The notes beneath the pieces were generated by a model, which saw only the letters and a program-made list of their open reading frames with translations, searched no databases and was not told the origin of the DNA. From Candidatus Gottesmanbacteria bacterium (lineage in GTDB: Bacteria > Patescibacteriota > Microgenomatia > UBA10105 > UBA927): a stretch of DNA of 64,000 nucleotides. Shown piece by piece: positions 48,740 to 64,000 of the stretch; positions within the stretch are counted from its first letter, which is position 1; every line of letters begins with the position of its first letter. The stretch lies in NCBI GenBank assembly GCA_963711735.1, contig CAVQFA010000005.1, positions 71,525-135,524 of the forward strand, in the 5' to 3' direction. Position numbers and translations under genes: made by a program.

Positions 48740-49267
48740 ATGGATCAGGATAAGATGATCGTTACAATACTCAAAAGTTCGTATACCAAGACGGATATCG
48801 GAAGGCGTACGAGGCTTCTCCGGGAATACCTTGAAAAGAGCTTCTTTACGCCGGAAAAGTCGGAAATGACGAAATTTCTCATATCCCGTCAGGCAACAAC
48901 GGATGATATTGATACGTTTCTGGGATGGGGAGAGGGATTTTTCCGCGCATTCACCAAAGAGAACCTCTATTCCTTCATAAGCGCAGTGAATAGCAGGATG
49001 AAGAAGTTGCCTATCGTAACGCTCTACATACCGTATGAACCGGTACCGGCGGAGATCATCAAACTCGGCAGGTGGTTTCGCGGAAATGTTAGTGAAGAAG
49101 TGCTTGTGGACCTCCATACCGATCCGTCACTTCTGGGGGGTTGCTCGTTTGTTTACCGCGGTGTATATCGCGATTACTCCCTCCGGTACTACATGATGAA
49201 AAAAAGAGCACAGATTGAAAAGATCATCACGGAGTACGTTGCACGATTTTATAAAGAGGATAATTAG
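48740..49267 (+). CDS. atpH: F0F1 ATP synthase delta-like subunit
   Basis: C-terminal DPSLLGG....G..RDYSLR OSCP motif. Confidence 0.65.
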   Translation: MDQDKMIVTILKSSYTKTDIGRRTRLLREYLEKSFFTPEKSEMTKFLISRQATTDDIDTFLGWGEGFFRAFTKENLYSFISAVNSRMKKLPIVTLYIPYEPVPAEIIKLGRWFRGNVSEEVLVDLHTDPSLLGGCSFVYRGVYRDYSLRYYMMKKRAQIEKIITEYVARFYKEDN

Positions 49268-49417
49268 ATTTATATACTCTTGTGCTGAGGTCGCATACAA
49301 AGTATTTGCGTCTCCAGTTGCAGACGTTTCTTATCCATACGGGATAGATCCTGAAGAGCAAATGGAGCCGCTTCATTCTTTGTACGCTCCCCGCACAATA
49401 ATATTTATAGAGGAAGT

Positions 49418-50863
49418 ATGCCTGAATTTACAAAAACAAAAAAAGAAGTCGGATTTGTCACATCGACGCAGGATTACCTCGTGAATATCGAGGGGCTTCC
49501 GACGACGCGCGTCAACGATATTATCGTGACAAAAAACGGAGGACGGGGAATAGTTTCTGCACTCTCCAAACATACGGTTGAGGCATTGATGCTTGATGCC
49601 GAGCGTCCGAAGCCCGGTGACAGTTTTGAAAAATCCGAGGCAGGACTTTCCATAGCACTCAACGTGAATTTGTTCGGACGGACGATAAACCCATTGGGTG
49701 TGCCCTTGGACGGCAAAGGTGCGCTCCCGACAGCCGGGGTAGAGCTTGACCTTGATATCGTGGCTCCTGGGATAGACGGACGGGAAATCATCCGGAAGCA
49801 GTTTTATACGGGACTTCTCGTTGTTGATACGCTCCTGCCCATAGGGAGAGGTCAAAGGGAACTTATTCTCTGTGAACCCAGAAGCGGCAAAGAAGCGTTT
49901 TTCCTGGATGTCATCGTATCACAGAAGGTCAAAGGAGTTGTCTGTATCTATGCCGCAATCGGGAGAAGCGAGGTTGAGGTCAAACGGTTTGCAGAGGATG
50001 TGGAAAAAGAGGGTGCAGGGGAGCATACCGTGATTGTTGCGGCCACTTCCAACGAATCCGCGCCGATGATCACGATTGCTCCGCAGGTGGCAAGTTCCCT
50101 GGCTGAGTACTACCGTGACCACGGACATGACGTCCTTCTTATTCTTGATGACCTCGCCACTCACGCCAAGTACGCACGCGAAATATCGCTTCTGGCGGGA
50201 CGGGTTCCCGGACGTGAGAGCTACCCGGCTGATATTTTTTACCAGCATTCGTCACAGCTTGAGCGTGGTGGTTCGTTTAACGATCATTTTAAAACCGGCG
50301 CTGTAACTTTACTTCCCGTCATCGAGGTAAATATTGAGAATTTTACGAGCCTCATTCCGACGAATGTCATGTCCATAACCGACGGCCATCTCCTTTTCTC
50401 CGCGGCACTCCGGGCTCAGGGTATATACCCCGCTATCGAGCCTGACAGGTCCGTCACCCGTGTGGGACGCCAAACTCAGATGTTTATTCATAAGCAGATT
50501 TCCGACAAAACGCGCTCCCTCATCGCTGACTTTCATGAGCTGGAGAAGTTTGCCAAGTTCGGGTCCGAGCTTTCCGGTGAGACGCAAAAAAAGATCAAAA
50601 GAGGGAAGATAATAGAAGAATTTCTGCGGCAGGAACCGTTAACACCTATCGCACCGGGTGTGCAGATCATACTCCTGTCTCTCGTGTTTGCCGGATTTTT
50701 TGATAAAGCGGAAGTGGATGCGGTACGTACCGGAAAAGCGAAATTCATAAATACGATTGCAACGACTGAACCATTTAAAGGGCTTGCGGAAGGGATAAAA
50801 GATCATAAACTTGAGGATCTCATCGAGACACTCACGAAGGAGATGGGAGCGTTGAAGATTTAG
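49418..50863 (+). CDS. atpA: F1 ATPase alpha subunit (divergent)
   Basis: PIGRGQRELI, YAAIG, PGRESYPADIFYQHS, TNVMSITDG, SVTRVG; degenerate P-loop CEPRSGKE. Confidence 0.9.
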   Translation: MPEFTKTKKEVGFVTSTQDYLVNIEGLPTTRVNDIIVTKNGGRGIVSALSKHTVEALMLDAERPKPGDSFEKSEAGLSIALNVNLFGRTINPLGVPLDGKGALPTAGVELDLDIVAPGIDGREIIRKQFYTGLLVVDTLLPIGRGQRELILCEPRSGKEAFFLDVIVSQKVKGVVCIYAAIGRSEVEVKRFAEDVEKEGAGEHTVIVAATSNESAPMITIAPQVASSLAEYYRDHGHDVLLILDDLATHAKYAREISLLAGRVPGRESYPADIFYQHSSQLERGGSFNDHFKTGAVTLLPVIEVNIENFTSLIPTNVMSITDGHLLFSAALRAQGIYPAIEPDRSVTRVGRQTQMFIHKQISDKTRSLIADFHELEKFAKFGSELSGETQKKIKRGKIIEEFLRQEPLTPIAPGVQIILLSLVFAGFFDKAEVDAVRTGKAKFINTIATTEPFKGLAEGIKDHKLEDLIETLTKEMGALKI

Positions 50864-50867
50864 ATAT

Positions 50868-51389
50868 TTACGATTCAGGATTCGTATAAAGAAATTTTTC
50901 CCAATGTTCATTTACTTTGTACCAGTTAGAATCTTTATACTGCATTATTGAGGATAATTCAGGACTTTCTTCTATCTCTTGTTCGACCCAATCTCTGAAG
51001 TCAGACCATTGTGCTTGAGCCTCACGAAAACCATTGAGTGTCGTCCAGTCTTTTGCAAGAACGTTTTTTTGGATTTCCCGGAGACGTGTCCGTATATTTT
51101 CCGGCATTCCCGGTGTGTAAATTTCACTGGCAAGCCTCATCTGAAGCACGGTCTTTTGTATTGAAATATACGGTTCTTCAAAAAAACCGCCATTTGTCCA
51201 TACAAAGCAATTACTGTCATCTCCGATAATTCTGGACAGTGCTTCACCGACAGATTGTCTGACCGGATCAATACCCAGTTGCGGAGCCACAAAAAGCATC
51301 CATTGTTGGCGAATAACAGGAATGATTCCCTGAATATATGGATCATGGCGATCAGGGCGCCGGATTTCGGGTTGAATAATTTCTTTCAT
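50868..51389 (-). CDS. hypothetical protein, paralogue 1 of tandem triplet
   Basis: RQQW..AP...GEALS...P..P..I...W...Y...N...W. Confidence 0.65.
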   Translation of the reverse strand: MKEIIQPEIRRPDRHDPYIQGIIPVIRQQWMLFVAPQLGIDPVRQSVGEALSRIIGDDSNCFVWTNGGFFEEPYISIQKTVLQMRLASEIYTPGMPENIRTRLREIQKNVLAKDWTTLNGFREAQAQWSDFRDWVEQEIEESPELSSIMQYKDSNWYKVNEHWEKFLYTNPES

Positions 51390-51494
51390 AGGTACGGTGT
51401 TTTGGATTATATCGGAGTGTAATCGTCTGTGTAAACATAACGTTCGTCAATGCAGGACGTTGGAGAGATGATTTTTCATCTGAGGTATTTGAAA

Positions 51495-52016
51495 TTATAG
51501 ATCATAAATATAAGCTTTCCAGTATGGATATAATATTTCTTCATTTCTCTTAGCGTACATTACAGCTTCTGTTAAATTTTTATCTTTGGCTATTTCTTCT
51601 CTGAGATGATTTTTAAATGCCTGCCATCTGGTTCTGGCTTCCAGTAATCCGTCGTCGGTTTCCCAATTTTCTGAGAATACATCCTTTGCTGCATCACGGA
51701 TGTGTCCTTTTATCCGCTTGGGAAATTTTGGCGTTTTCAAACCGACATGAAGAAGCGTACGCATGCTTTTTTTTGCCAAAACTCTTGCATTCAATTGAAT
51801 GAGATCTTCTGCTTCAAAGGGTAAACTCATATCGTCGTTTCCGGTAAAATAGGAAAGCGTTTCGCCTAATATCTGTTTGGAACTGTCTATGTCTTTATAT
51901 GGTGCTATTTGCCGGATCCATCTCCGGCGGGTTAAGAGTACCGGAATCCAGTCATGGGAATAATATTTTTCTATGTGCGGGACATCAGGAGGATGCGGTA
52001 TTTCTTCCATGACCAT
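51495..52016 (-). CDS. hypothetical protein, paralogue 2 of tandem triplet
   Basis: RRRW..AP..QILGETLS...NL..AV.YA..NEE.L.P.W. Confidence 0.65.
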   Translation of the reverse strand: MVMEEIPHPPDVPHIEKYYSHDWIPVLLTRRRWIRQIAPYKDIDSSKQILGETLSYFTGNDDMSLPFEAEDLIQLNARVLAKKSMRTLLHVGLKTPKFPKRIKGHIRDAAKDVFSENWETDDGLLEARTRWQAFKNHLREEIAKDKNLTEAVMYAKRNEEILYPYWKAYIYDL

Positions 52017-52105
52017 AGTATTGCAGGGATTATATGTTAAAGGATCATGTTTTGTATAGATTCGTGAAAATACATGGAAAAATATCTGATGTGCGGGGGC
52101 AGATT

Positions 52106-52639
52106 TTAATGCTGAGGAAGGGTGTCCAAATGAGTTTGCCAAAGCGGAGCTAACACTTCTTCGTTTGCCATTGCATACGATACAGCCTGGGATAAATTCG
52201 GATCTTCCGCAATCTTCTTTTCAATCCGGTCACCGGAGGTCTGAAACATGGATTGTACTGTTTGAAAATCAGGGCCTATCCATTCCATAAAAAATACGCG
52301 CTGTAATTCCCGGACAATTTTTTTTATACCTAACGGAATTTCCGGTATATTCATTTTGGATTCTAATGACGAATGCAGTCGGAATTTTAACAACACTCTT
52401 GTTCTTGACTCATGCGGACATCCCTGTGACGTCGGTAGACACTCATGACAATCTTCAACTAAAAGCGACAAAGCTTCTCCCAATATCTGTGTCTCCGGAA
52501 CAATTTCCATCGTGCGCAATAGGGGTGTGTTGTTTCTTAACCACCGTCTGCGGTCGGTTTGTTCGATAGCGTCTGCATCGGGTCTTTGGTGTACCGGCAC
52601 AGGAATATCTGATTGATAATAATTAATAATTTCTGACAT
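52106..52639 (-). CDS. hypothetical protein, paralogue 3 of tandem triplet
   Basis: RRRW..QILGEALS...NL..AV.YA..NEE.L.P.W. Confidence 0.65.
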   Translation of the reverse strand: MSEIINYYQSDIPVPVHQRPDADAIEQTDRRRWLRNNTPLLRTMEIVPETQILGEALSLLVEDCHECLPTSQGCPHESRTRVLLKFRLHSSLESKMNIPEIPLGIKKIVRELQRVFFMEWIGPDFQTVQSMFQTSGDRIEKKIAEDPNLSQAVSYAMANEEVLAPLWQTHLDTLPQH

Positions 52640-52715
52640 ACCGCAAAAAAGAACACAGATTTCGATTATATATCCGTACGACTTGAAATGTCCAGAGCGG
52701 GGTGTTTGACAAAAA

Positions 52716-53555
52716 CTACATTCTTTTCAGATGGTCTTGGGATGCGCGGACAATATCACTACTGAACTGAGGAAGCGAGGATGTGACAGATATTTGTGTC
52801 GCCAGTGTGTAGCGAAGGATCGTATTTGCGTACCGTATCCACCACTTCGCGCCCTCTTCATCCGGGTTTGTTTTTTGTTCTATGTCCGGATTTGAAGCGG
52901 TATGTATGAGAGTAAGAAATGTATCATCACCTGTTGAGAATTCGGTGCGGTCTGCATTCTTTCTGACTGTCGTTGGCCCGGATAGCGCACCCCATACATC
53001 ATACGCACCGATAGGAAGATATAATTGCATTTGTGGTCCGTCAGGTGACTGGAATACGCACTCAAGGATTGTCCCGACAGCTGCAAAATGCGTAACTTCA
53101 TTCGGATTGTCTGAAGAACGAAAAGAGAAATATCTGCCGGACTGTATGCTGACAGGGAGATGTGTGAGTGTATGTAAACGTACGGTCGTTGTCCTGGTTT
53201 CATGAATATTCGGGTGAGTGAAAAGAACGGACGGGGGAATATTTGCTTGCCACATACTCAGCGTCTGAACGGCGTATTCCCGGTTTGTAATAAAACTCGT
53301 TTTCCGTTTCACTTCTATAGTGCCGGGTTGACGTTTTTCCCAAAAATGTTTCTTTTCCCCGCGGTGTAAAGATAGGGAGAATTGTTCATCAGGCTGTGTG
53401 CGGTACCATTGACGCCGGTTATATCTGTTGAGCTGTGTACCGGGAGCTGCAGTATCTTTTTTCCATTCAAATTCATTTCCAATATTTCCCGGTACCCACA
53501 CCCCATACAGCTCTGATATCAGTGAATCAGGTGTGATTGATGTTTCTTGACGCAT
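52716..53555 (-). CDS. hypothetical protein
   Basis: ORF with probable start MRQETS. Confidence 0.55.
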   Translation of the reverse strand: MRQETSITPDSLISELYGVWVPGNIGNEFEWKKDTAAPGTQLNRYNRRQWYRTQPDEQFSLSLHRGEKKHFWEKRQPGTIEVKRKTSFITNREYAVQTLSMWQANIPPSVLFTHPNIHETRTTTVRLHTLTHLPVSIQSGRYFSFRSSDNPNEVTHFAAVGTILECVFQSPDGPQMQLYLPIGAYDVWGALSGPTTVRKNADRTEFSTGDDTFLTLIHTASNPDIEQKTNPDEEGAKWWIRYANTILRYTLATQISVTSSLPQFSSDIVRASQDHLKRM

Positions 53556-53663
53556 TGCCAGAAATATAACATTATAGGTTTTACCTGTCAATTCGGAAAC
53601 ACGGATATAACTTATTCGGACGTGTGCAGACAAGTCGGAAAAAACAGGGTATTATGTAAATAT

Positions 53664-54491
53664 ATGCCGACCATCAAGGGACTGAAAGAGGAACTCGAGG
53701 ACGTGACCACCATGGGATTTATCTCCCAGGCGTTCACGGAGGTTGCGGCCAGCCGCGTACAGAAGATCAAAAATGCCTTTGAGACGAATAAGCAGTTTTA
53801 CGATGAAATTTCACACCTCTACCGTCTTATTCAGGTTTCAAGCGCCAAGGAGAAGGGGAAGCATGCAGGAGAAGGGAAGCATCTGTCCGTTGCAGTCACG
53901 TCAAACCAGCGTTTCTACGGCAACCTCAACATCAATATCATGAATTCTTTCCTTGCTGAAACAAAAGGGAAGGAAGGTGATCTCATGATCATCGGTTCGA
54001 CAGGTGTGGACTCGATGGAGTCTCTCGATGAGAAACGCCTATACACGAAAATGCCGTTTGCCCATGATAACCCGACAGAAGAGGAAACCGCGAAGTTTCT
54101 GGACACTATCAAACCATATAGTACTGTTATCATGTACTTCCCTAAGTTTGTAACCCTCATGTCCCAGACCGTTGGAAAAACGGATGTCACCCAGGCTGCG
54201 GATATCGGAGGGAAAATCACGGATGAAGAGATAAATATTCTTTATGAACCGGACCTCACCATGATCATGGAATTTTTTATCCGGCAGGTACGGGCGATCC
54301 TTTTTTATCGTGTGATGCTGGAGGCAGACCTTTCCCGTACTGCAGCCCGTTTACTCACAATGTCGAGCGCCGAGGAACGGTCCCGAGAGCTTACAAAGGT
54401 GAAAAAAAGCCAGATACGCAAAATCCAGGCATCCATTACAAATGCCAAACTCCTTGAAACATTTGCAGCAATGAAGGGATGGAAGAAATAG
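53664..54491 (+). CDS. atpG: F1 ATPase gamma subunit
   Basis: ISQAFTEVAA, VTSNQRFYGNLN, AARLLTMSSA, QASIT. Confidence 0.85.
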   Translation: MPTIKGLKEELEDVTTMGFISQAFTEVAASRVQKIKNAFETNKQFYDEISHLYRLIQVSSAKEKGKHAGEGKHLSVAVTSNQRFYGNLNINIMNSFLAETKGKEGDLMIIGSTGVDSMESLDEKRLYTKMPFAHDNPTEEETAKFLDTIKPYSTVIMYFPKFVTLMSQTVGKTDVTQAADIGGKITDEEINILYEPDLTMIMEFFIRQVRAILFYRVMLEADLSRTAARLLTMSSAEERSRELTKVKKSQIRKIQASITNAKLLETFAAMKGWKK

Positions 54492-54497
54492 ATCCGA

Positions 54498-55103
54498 TTA
54501 CGAGTCAACTGCAAAATCCGTGCCTGCAATAAGTTCTGGTGGAAAGGGATCGATGGAATAACCGAAAGTATGCTCTATAACATCGGCAAATCCTACTGCT
54601 GAAATGATACGCCTAGGTACCTGATCATCATCAAACGGAGGACCGTACCTCCATTTTTCAACAACAGAATCTGCAGGTGTTACACGTTGTATTGATAGGG
54701 CAAAATACACATAACCGGAATCCCTGCTAATCTTTGTCTTTGTGCGGATTTGTCCGTCATACAATGAATTTATTGTTAAACCCATCGCATGAAACATAGC
54801 TACGTCATCATTATTTACTTTGAAAACATTATGGTTTAACTCCGATATGCGTTTCACTGTGGTATCATCAGGGGGCGTAAAGTATATACCTTTAAGAATA
54901 CCTGGAATATCTATATGTCCGTATCCTAATCTTTCATCACCGTGCAGAATTCCGTATACTTCCCGTACTCTGGGAAGAGTTATACGGACGAAAAAATCAT
55001 TTCTCCATGGAGATTGCAGTCTGGCACTCTGCCACAGTTGTGCTTCCAGGCTATGTATATTAAATTCTCTGTAGAAGTTAGGATTTTCCTGATACGGAGG
55101 CAT
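54498..55103 (-). CDS. hypothetical protein
   Basis: 201-aa ORF. Confidence 0.55.
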   Translation of the reverse strand: MPPYQENPNFYREFNIHSLEAQLWQSARLQSPWRNDFFVRITLPRVREVYGILHGDERLGYGHIDIPGILKGIYFTPPDDTTVKRISELNHNVFKVNNDDVAMFHAMGLTINSLYDGQIRTKTKISRDSGYVYFALSIQRVTPADSVVEKWRYGPPFDDDQVPRRIISAVGFADVIEHTFGYSIDPFPPELIAGTDFAVDS

Positions 55104-55153
55104 ACTGGTTTGATATATATCACGTTGAGGCAGAAACTACAAGAAATTTATTC

Positions 55154-55723
55154 TTATTCATGACACATCATGATAGTCGAAATAGCGCAATTTTCATAAT
55201 CCGGCAAAAATCCGTCACAGCCTATAAATACAACAGCCATGTCATAACTCCCATCATTCCAGGCATACCGTAGGGAAGGCGGAGGTATAAATTCGTAAGG
55301 AAATGCCGGAATAATGTATCCATCTGATGCGAACGTGCATGAACTAAGCCTATCCTGTACCGTGTGGCGGATGTGTCCGCCCGGTTCCTGTACGATATGG
55401 AAACTACTTTTCTTATCTTTCACTTCGAAAATAATTTTATCAGGATTACTTGTCGGATGAAGCGTGACTTTTCCTTTTTCTGCTAACTTTTTCGGTGCAA
55501 TAACAAGAATCGGTAAAAAAGCACCTTCGACGGACCCCATCCAGGTTTCATCTGACGGAAGCGGTTGCCGTTTCAGATCACCGGAAGGGATGACTGATAG
55601 CTGATCATGTGTGATTAATTGGCGGATCATACTTTCAGTATGATAAAAAATGATAGGTTCATCGCCCATGAAGCGTCTCTCAGTAGTTATAAAGCGCGGT
55701 GATTCCTGTGCGGATGTAGGCAT
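55154..55723 (-). CDS. hypothetical protein
   Basis: 189-aa ORF. Confidence 0.55.
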   Translation of the reverse strand: MPTSAQESPRFITTERRFMGDEPIIFYHTESMIRQLITHDQLSVIPSGDLKRQPLPSDETWMGSVEGAFLPILVIAPKKLAEKGKVTLHPTSNPDKIIFEVKDKKSSFHIVQEPGGHIRHTVQDRLSSCTFASDGYIIPAFPYEFIPPPSLRYAWNDGSYDMAVVFIGCDGFLPDYENCAISTIMMCHE

Positions 55724-55936
55724 AATAAAAAAGACTATATCACGATGTATTTTGTTTGTAAACTATCCGTGCATTTTCAAAATAATAATCAACCGGATTG
55801 ATAGAGTAATATGTGTGGGGATTTTGCACCTGTTTTTTCATACTTGTCACACGCACATTTTTCGGATATATTCCGTTTATAGTATTAAACACTTTCTGCC
55901 CGACATGTTACTAACCCCATATTGATTTAGGAAGTA

Positions 55937-57876
55937 ATGAATGATGGTATGCCGAGTATTGAAAGCAGAAAAGAACAACCCACGCTTGGTCAATATCTTC
56001 TTTGGCAGGAAGAAGCAGCGAAAACAGTAGAAACACTTCAATTAACCCTGGAGGCTTGTAATCAGCATTTAAGAAGAAGTGAAATAGAATTTGTGCGGAC
56101 GCTTATCAATTTTGCAATCGACAACCAACATTCTGAATTATTTGATATAGCTGCCGAACTGGGGAGACAATTAACCCACGGGGAAAAGCTGCACTTCGAT
56201 AGTATAGATGCAAATGATCCGGAAATTTTCAATGCTTCCATCAGTGGATTTGATCAGAATGGTGAATACCGTACGGATGTTTTGGGCATACTTCAACAAC
56301 TTTCAGCCCGTTTATCTGACACATTTAAGGATAACCCCACGCTCGTTTTTGACCTTGCATGGCATGACTTTATAGAGAAACACCCTGCAGTCAAAGCGGT
56401 GTGGGTTCAGGGAGCATTGTGGCATAGAATTGATGAAAAGTGGTGTCTCCCGAGAGAAGTCATAAATATGCTTGTTTGCAGGAAAGACGGTACTGAAGGT
56501 ACAGACAATAAGCGGGATGCTTTTATATTGCAGCAGCTATCCGGTGTTCTTTCAGCCAAAACAGAATTACACGGACCTATAGGTAAGGGAAACCAATCAT
56601 ATTGGCCGGGAGATACGTTCAGAATGTTCTTTTTTCAGATAGAACAAACATCCACCGGTAAACGCGCGCAATATGGTATCCGCCCGGAGATGACAGAGGA
56701 GATACTGAACGATCTTGTTTCCCGTGTAAAAAAAAACTAATTCCCGATAAGAAAACAGAATACCATCAGGCAGTCAGTGCAAATGGTGATGATTATGAAA
56801 TTCTCCTGCATTTAGCAGAAATTTCAAAACTGGAAGCAGAAATAGCAGAAGACCCCTTTAAAGATCCACGCCTCCAGACGCTTATCGATGCTGGCGACGA
56901 TTTAGGTTTATATCTGCGTGAGATCCAAGCGTATGCTCTGTTAACTCCCGAGGAAGAAATCGAATGCGGGATTGCAATGGAGCGGGCAATAGAAGCATCA
57001 AAAATACATGTAAAACCAATCGGAAGAGGTAGACCACCTGACCGTACGGAATTTTTTGAATTAAAACGACTGGGTATCGAAGCGCAAAAGAAATTGACCA
57101 ACCATAATTTACGGCTGGTGATATCCATAGCACGGAAATACTCTCTCAATGATTTCCGCCAATTTCCGGACCGTATACAGGATGGCAATATCGGGCTTAT
57201 GCGTGCAATACAAAAGTGGGATTATCGTCGGGAGTTGAGATTTTCTACCTATGCGACATGGTGGATTCGGCAAGCTGTCACACGGGCGAAAGCAGATACT
57301 TCCCGGTTGATACGATTGCCTGTGCATCAGGTAGACACACTGAGACGGATATACAAAATAACAAAGATACTCGTACAGACATATGGGAGAACACCGACAG
57401 AAGCAGAAATTGCCAGGGAACTCACGACAAATGAACTTGAAAAGAAATTAGGAAGAGCACCGACACAAGAAGAAATAAAGAATCGCACCCAGGTAATGGA
57501 ACCGAAAGTGACGTATCTTTTGAAAATGTCCCGGGATCCGGCATCACTCGAAACCCCCGTCGGAGATGAGGAAGATTCGACTCTTGGGGACTTCGTCCCG
57601 TCGCCCAACGCGGAAGACGGAAGTGTACAAAGTGATGTGGAAATGCTGCAGGAACTCATACAAATTGTTTTTCATGAACTGACACCCAGAGAAGTCAGGG
57701 TCCTCACATTGCGGAACGGACTCCTGAACGGTCATATATTTACTCTTGAGGAAGTCGGAGCGAAAATGGGAGTTACGCGGGAACGCATCCGGCAGATAGA
57801 AAAGCAGGCATACCATAAACTGAGACACCCCCATATAATGAGACGTTTGAGACCATATCTGAATATATTTGATTAA
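55937..57876 (+). CDS. RpoD-like sigma-70 factor with long N-terminal extension, split at an A9 tract (56728-56736)
   Basis: Region 1.2 DDLGLYLREI..LLTPEEE lies upstream of the first in-frame ATG (56977); NLRLVISIARKY, FSTYATWWIRQA, TRERIRQIE. Confidence 0.8.
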
Positions 57877-58026
57877 GAATTTTCAGAAAATTGATTGTTC
57901 CTGTATTTTATATAATATTTACTCACTGAAAATATACTTAATATATCAATATATAAACTATAGTATCAAAATATAAAATTGTCATTAGGAATTGGGTGTT
58001 GCATTGCACTTGATCTTCTTTCCTAA

Positions 58027-59604
<1,578 letters not shown>

Positions 59605-59752
59605 GATGGTTTTTCAAATCACTGCAAAACGTGATACATGCACTTCTGAAAAAATGACGTCTCATTAGATGAAAGAAGAATTGAAAGACACAATGTTGAA
59701 TCCATAAATGTATTGGAAGTTTATATAAAAATATAGTTTGTTATTTACTATT

Positions 59753-60001
59753 ATGGCAGATTTGATACATGTCCGGATCAATAGCCCTGAAAAAATCATT
59801 TGGGAGGGGGAAGCAGAGTGGGTATCCAGTGAAAATACTGAAGGACCGTTTGACATATTGCCGATGCATACCAATTTTATAACCATTATAGAAAAAAAAG
59901 ATATCCGGGTGAAAAGCGCGAAGGAAGTACAAACCTATAAGTATGATCGTACAGTCCTTTATGCTCATTCCAATAAGGTCTTCATTTATACAAATATATA
60001 A
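59753..60001 (+). CDS. atpC: F1 epsilon subunit, N-terminal domain only
   Basis: INSPEKIIWEGEA...GPFDILPMH; 82 aa, no C-terminal helices. Confidence 0.8.
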   Translation: MADLIHVRINSPEKIIWEGEAEWVSSENTEGPFDILPMHTNFITIIEKKDIRVKSAKEVQTYKYDRTVLYAHSNKVFIYTNI

Positions 60002-60993
60002 ATAATCTTCTTATTTTTTTCTGCGGAAATTCGATGATTATCATGTCTATACGGGAATCGATTTCCGCATGCGGAAAATATGCAATTATCACTTTTTCGA
60101 TAAATACGGGAAATGGAATAATAGTTATAGGGATATATTATTTTAATGATGAAAACGCAGTACAAAACGATATAAATTCTTAATCAATATATATGTATTG
60201 ATTTTACTAATTAAACATGTTTCACATTTTCGGAAATATACACCTCCGGAATACCTCTATTTAAACAGAATAATTCAAAAATACCAGACATAGACCTTAG
60301 ATAAATATGTCGTTAATACGGACCAAATTGTAGATTTATAGATCCTTCTTAATGTATAAATTTGATAGATAAATTCCGGATAAATACGTACTAAATGAAC
60401 TTTTTAAGATTTACTCGGCATTGTACAGGGTAAAAGAGGCAGTATTAAGTGTATTTCCTAAGTAAATGTGTATTTTTTCTCCGGAGTCGTTTGTGATTTA
60501 GTGATCACATATAGTCCACTAAAAACTATATATCAGTTTTTGTCTTATCCGGACAATCCGTTTTAAAGAGAATAGTACTATAAGATATTTTTTTTGGTAA
60601 AAAAACCTTATGGTCTATAGTACTTTACCAAGGTATATGAGAAACAGTTTCATAAGTGTATATAGAAATTGAATGATATTCATGGAAAATTTCGAAAATT
60701 TGATTTCTAATTGATTCCTGTAATACATATAAAATTTAGCATTTCTATAGAGTGAGTGCCAATATGCGCATATATATATCTTATAACAGAAATAATTGAG
60801 ATATTTAAGACCTGAGTTTCCTTTCACTATATATCTAAGTGTGAAATCATGAATAATGGGTAACTACGGTAAAACGATATGGAATGATCTATAAACGACC
60901 TCTTGACGGTTTCGTAAGCAGTATGCTTATTATATATGTAGAGTAATAAAATTTATGTAATAGACCGGAATTACGACCTATTACACAATCTAA

Positions 60994-64000
<3,007 letters not shown>

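Noticed and set aside
48299-49117. 272-aa minus-strand ORF
   Set aside because: Antisense shadow of the b-like and delta-like genes.

Overview
This is a 64-kb chromosomal segment of a small-genome bacterium using genetic code 11. A Patescibacteria/CPR origin, probably Microgenomates, is inferred from the sortase plus LPxTG substrate, PEGA protein, four-helix-bundle gene, many glycosyltransferases, mostly SD-less short-leader genes, and orphan ORFs interleaved between core genes. Recognisable genes are a GT-C-like membrane protein, GT2, three GT4, WecB/TagA, sortase, M16 and M50-like peptidases, ndk, maf, mreB, a divergent RelA/SpoT, tRNA-Pro(CGG), tRNA-Arg(CCT), a sigma-70 factor, and a dispersed, atypical F-type ATPase cluster. 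Five things stand out. (1) Two unrelated protein genes (9.0-11.9 kb minus, 31.8-32.7 kb plus) are each wrapped in an rRNA-precursor-like frame: hairpin, identical boxA-like GCACTTTAACAA, 14-nt arm, structured UTR, SD-led ORF, structured UTR, complementary 14-nt arm, hairpin. (2) The F1-like ATPase has a c-like subunit with no carboxylate fused to an exported beta domain, and no atpB in the locus. It is followed by a giant gene joining tandem integrase core-binding domains, a TM helix and a Gly-X-Thr collagen. (3) There are synonymously recoded 54-57-nt duplications of gene termini (sortase 3' end twice, mreB 5' end) separated by small hairpins. (4) The sigma factor is split at an A9 slippery tract. 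(5) A displaced tRNA 3' half lies next to tRNA-Arg. All calls come from reading the sequence by eye; no database searches were run.
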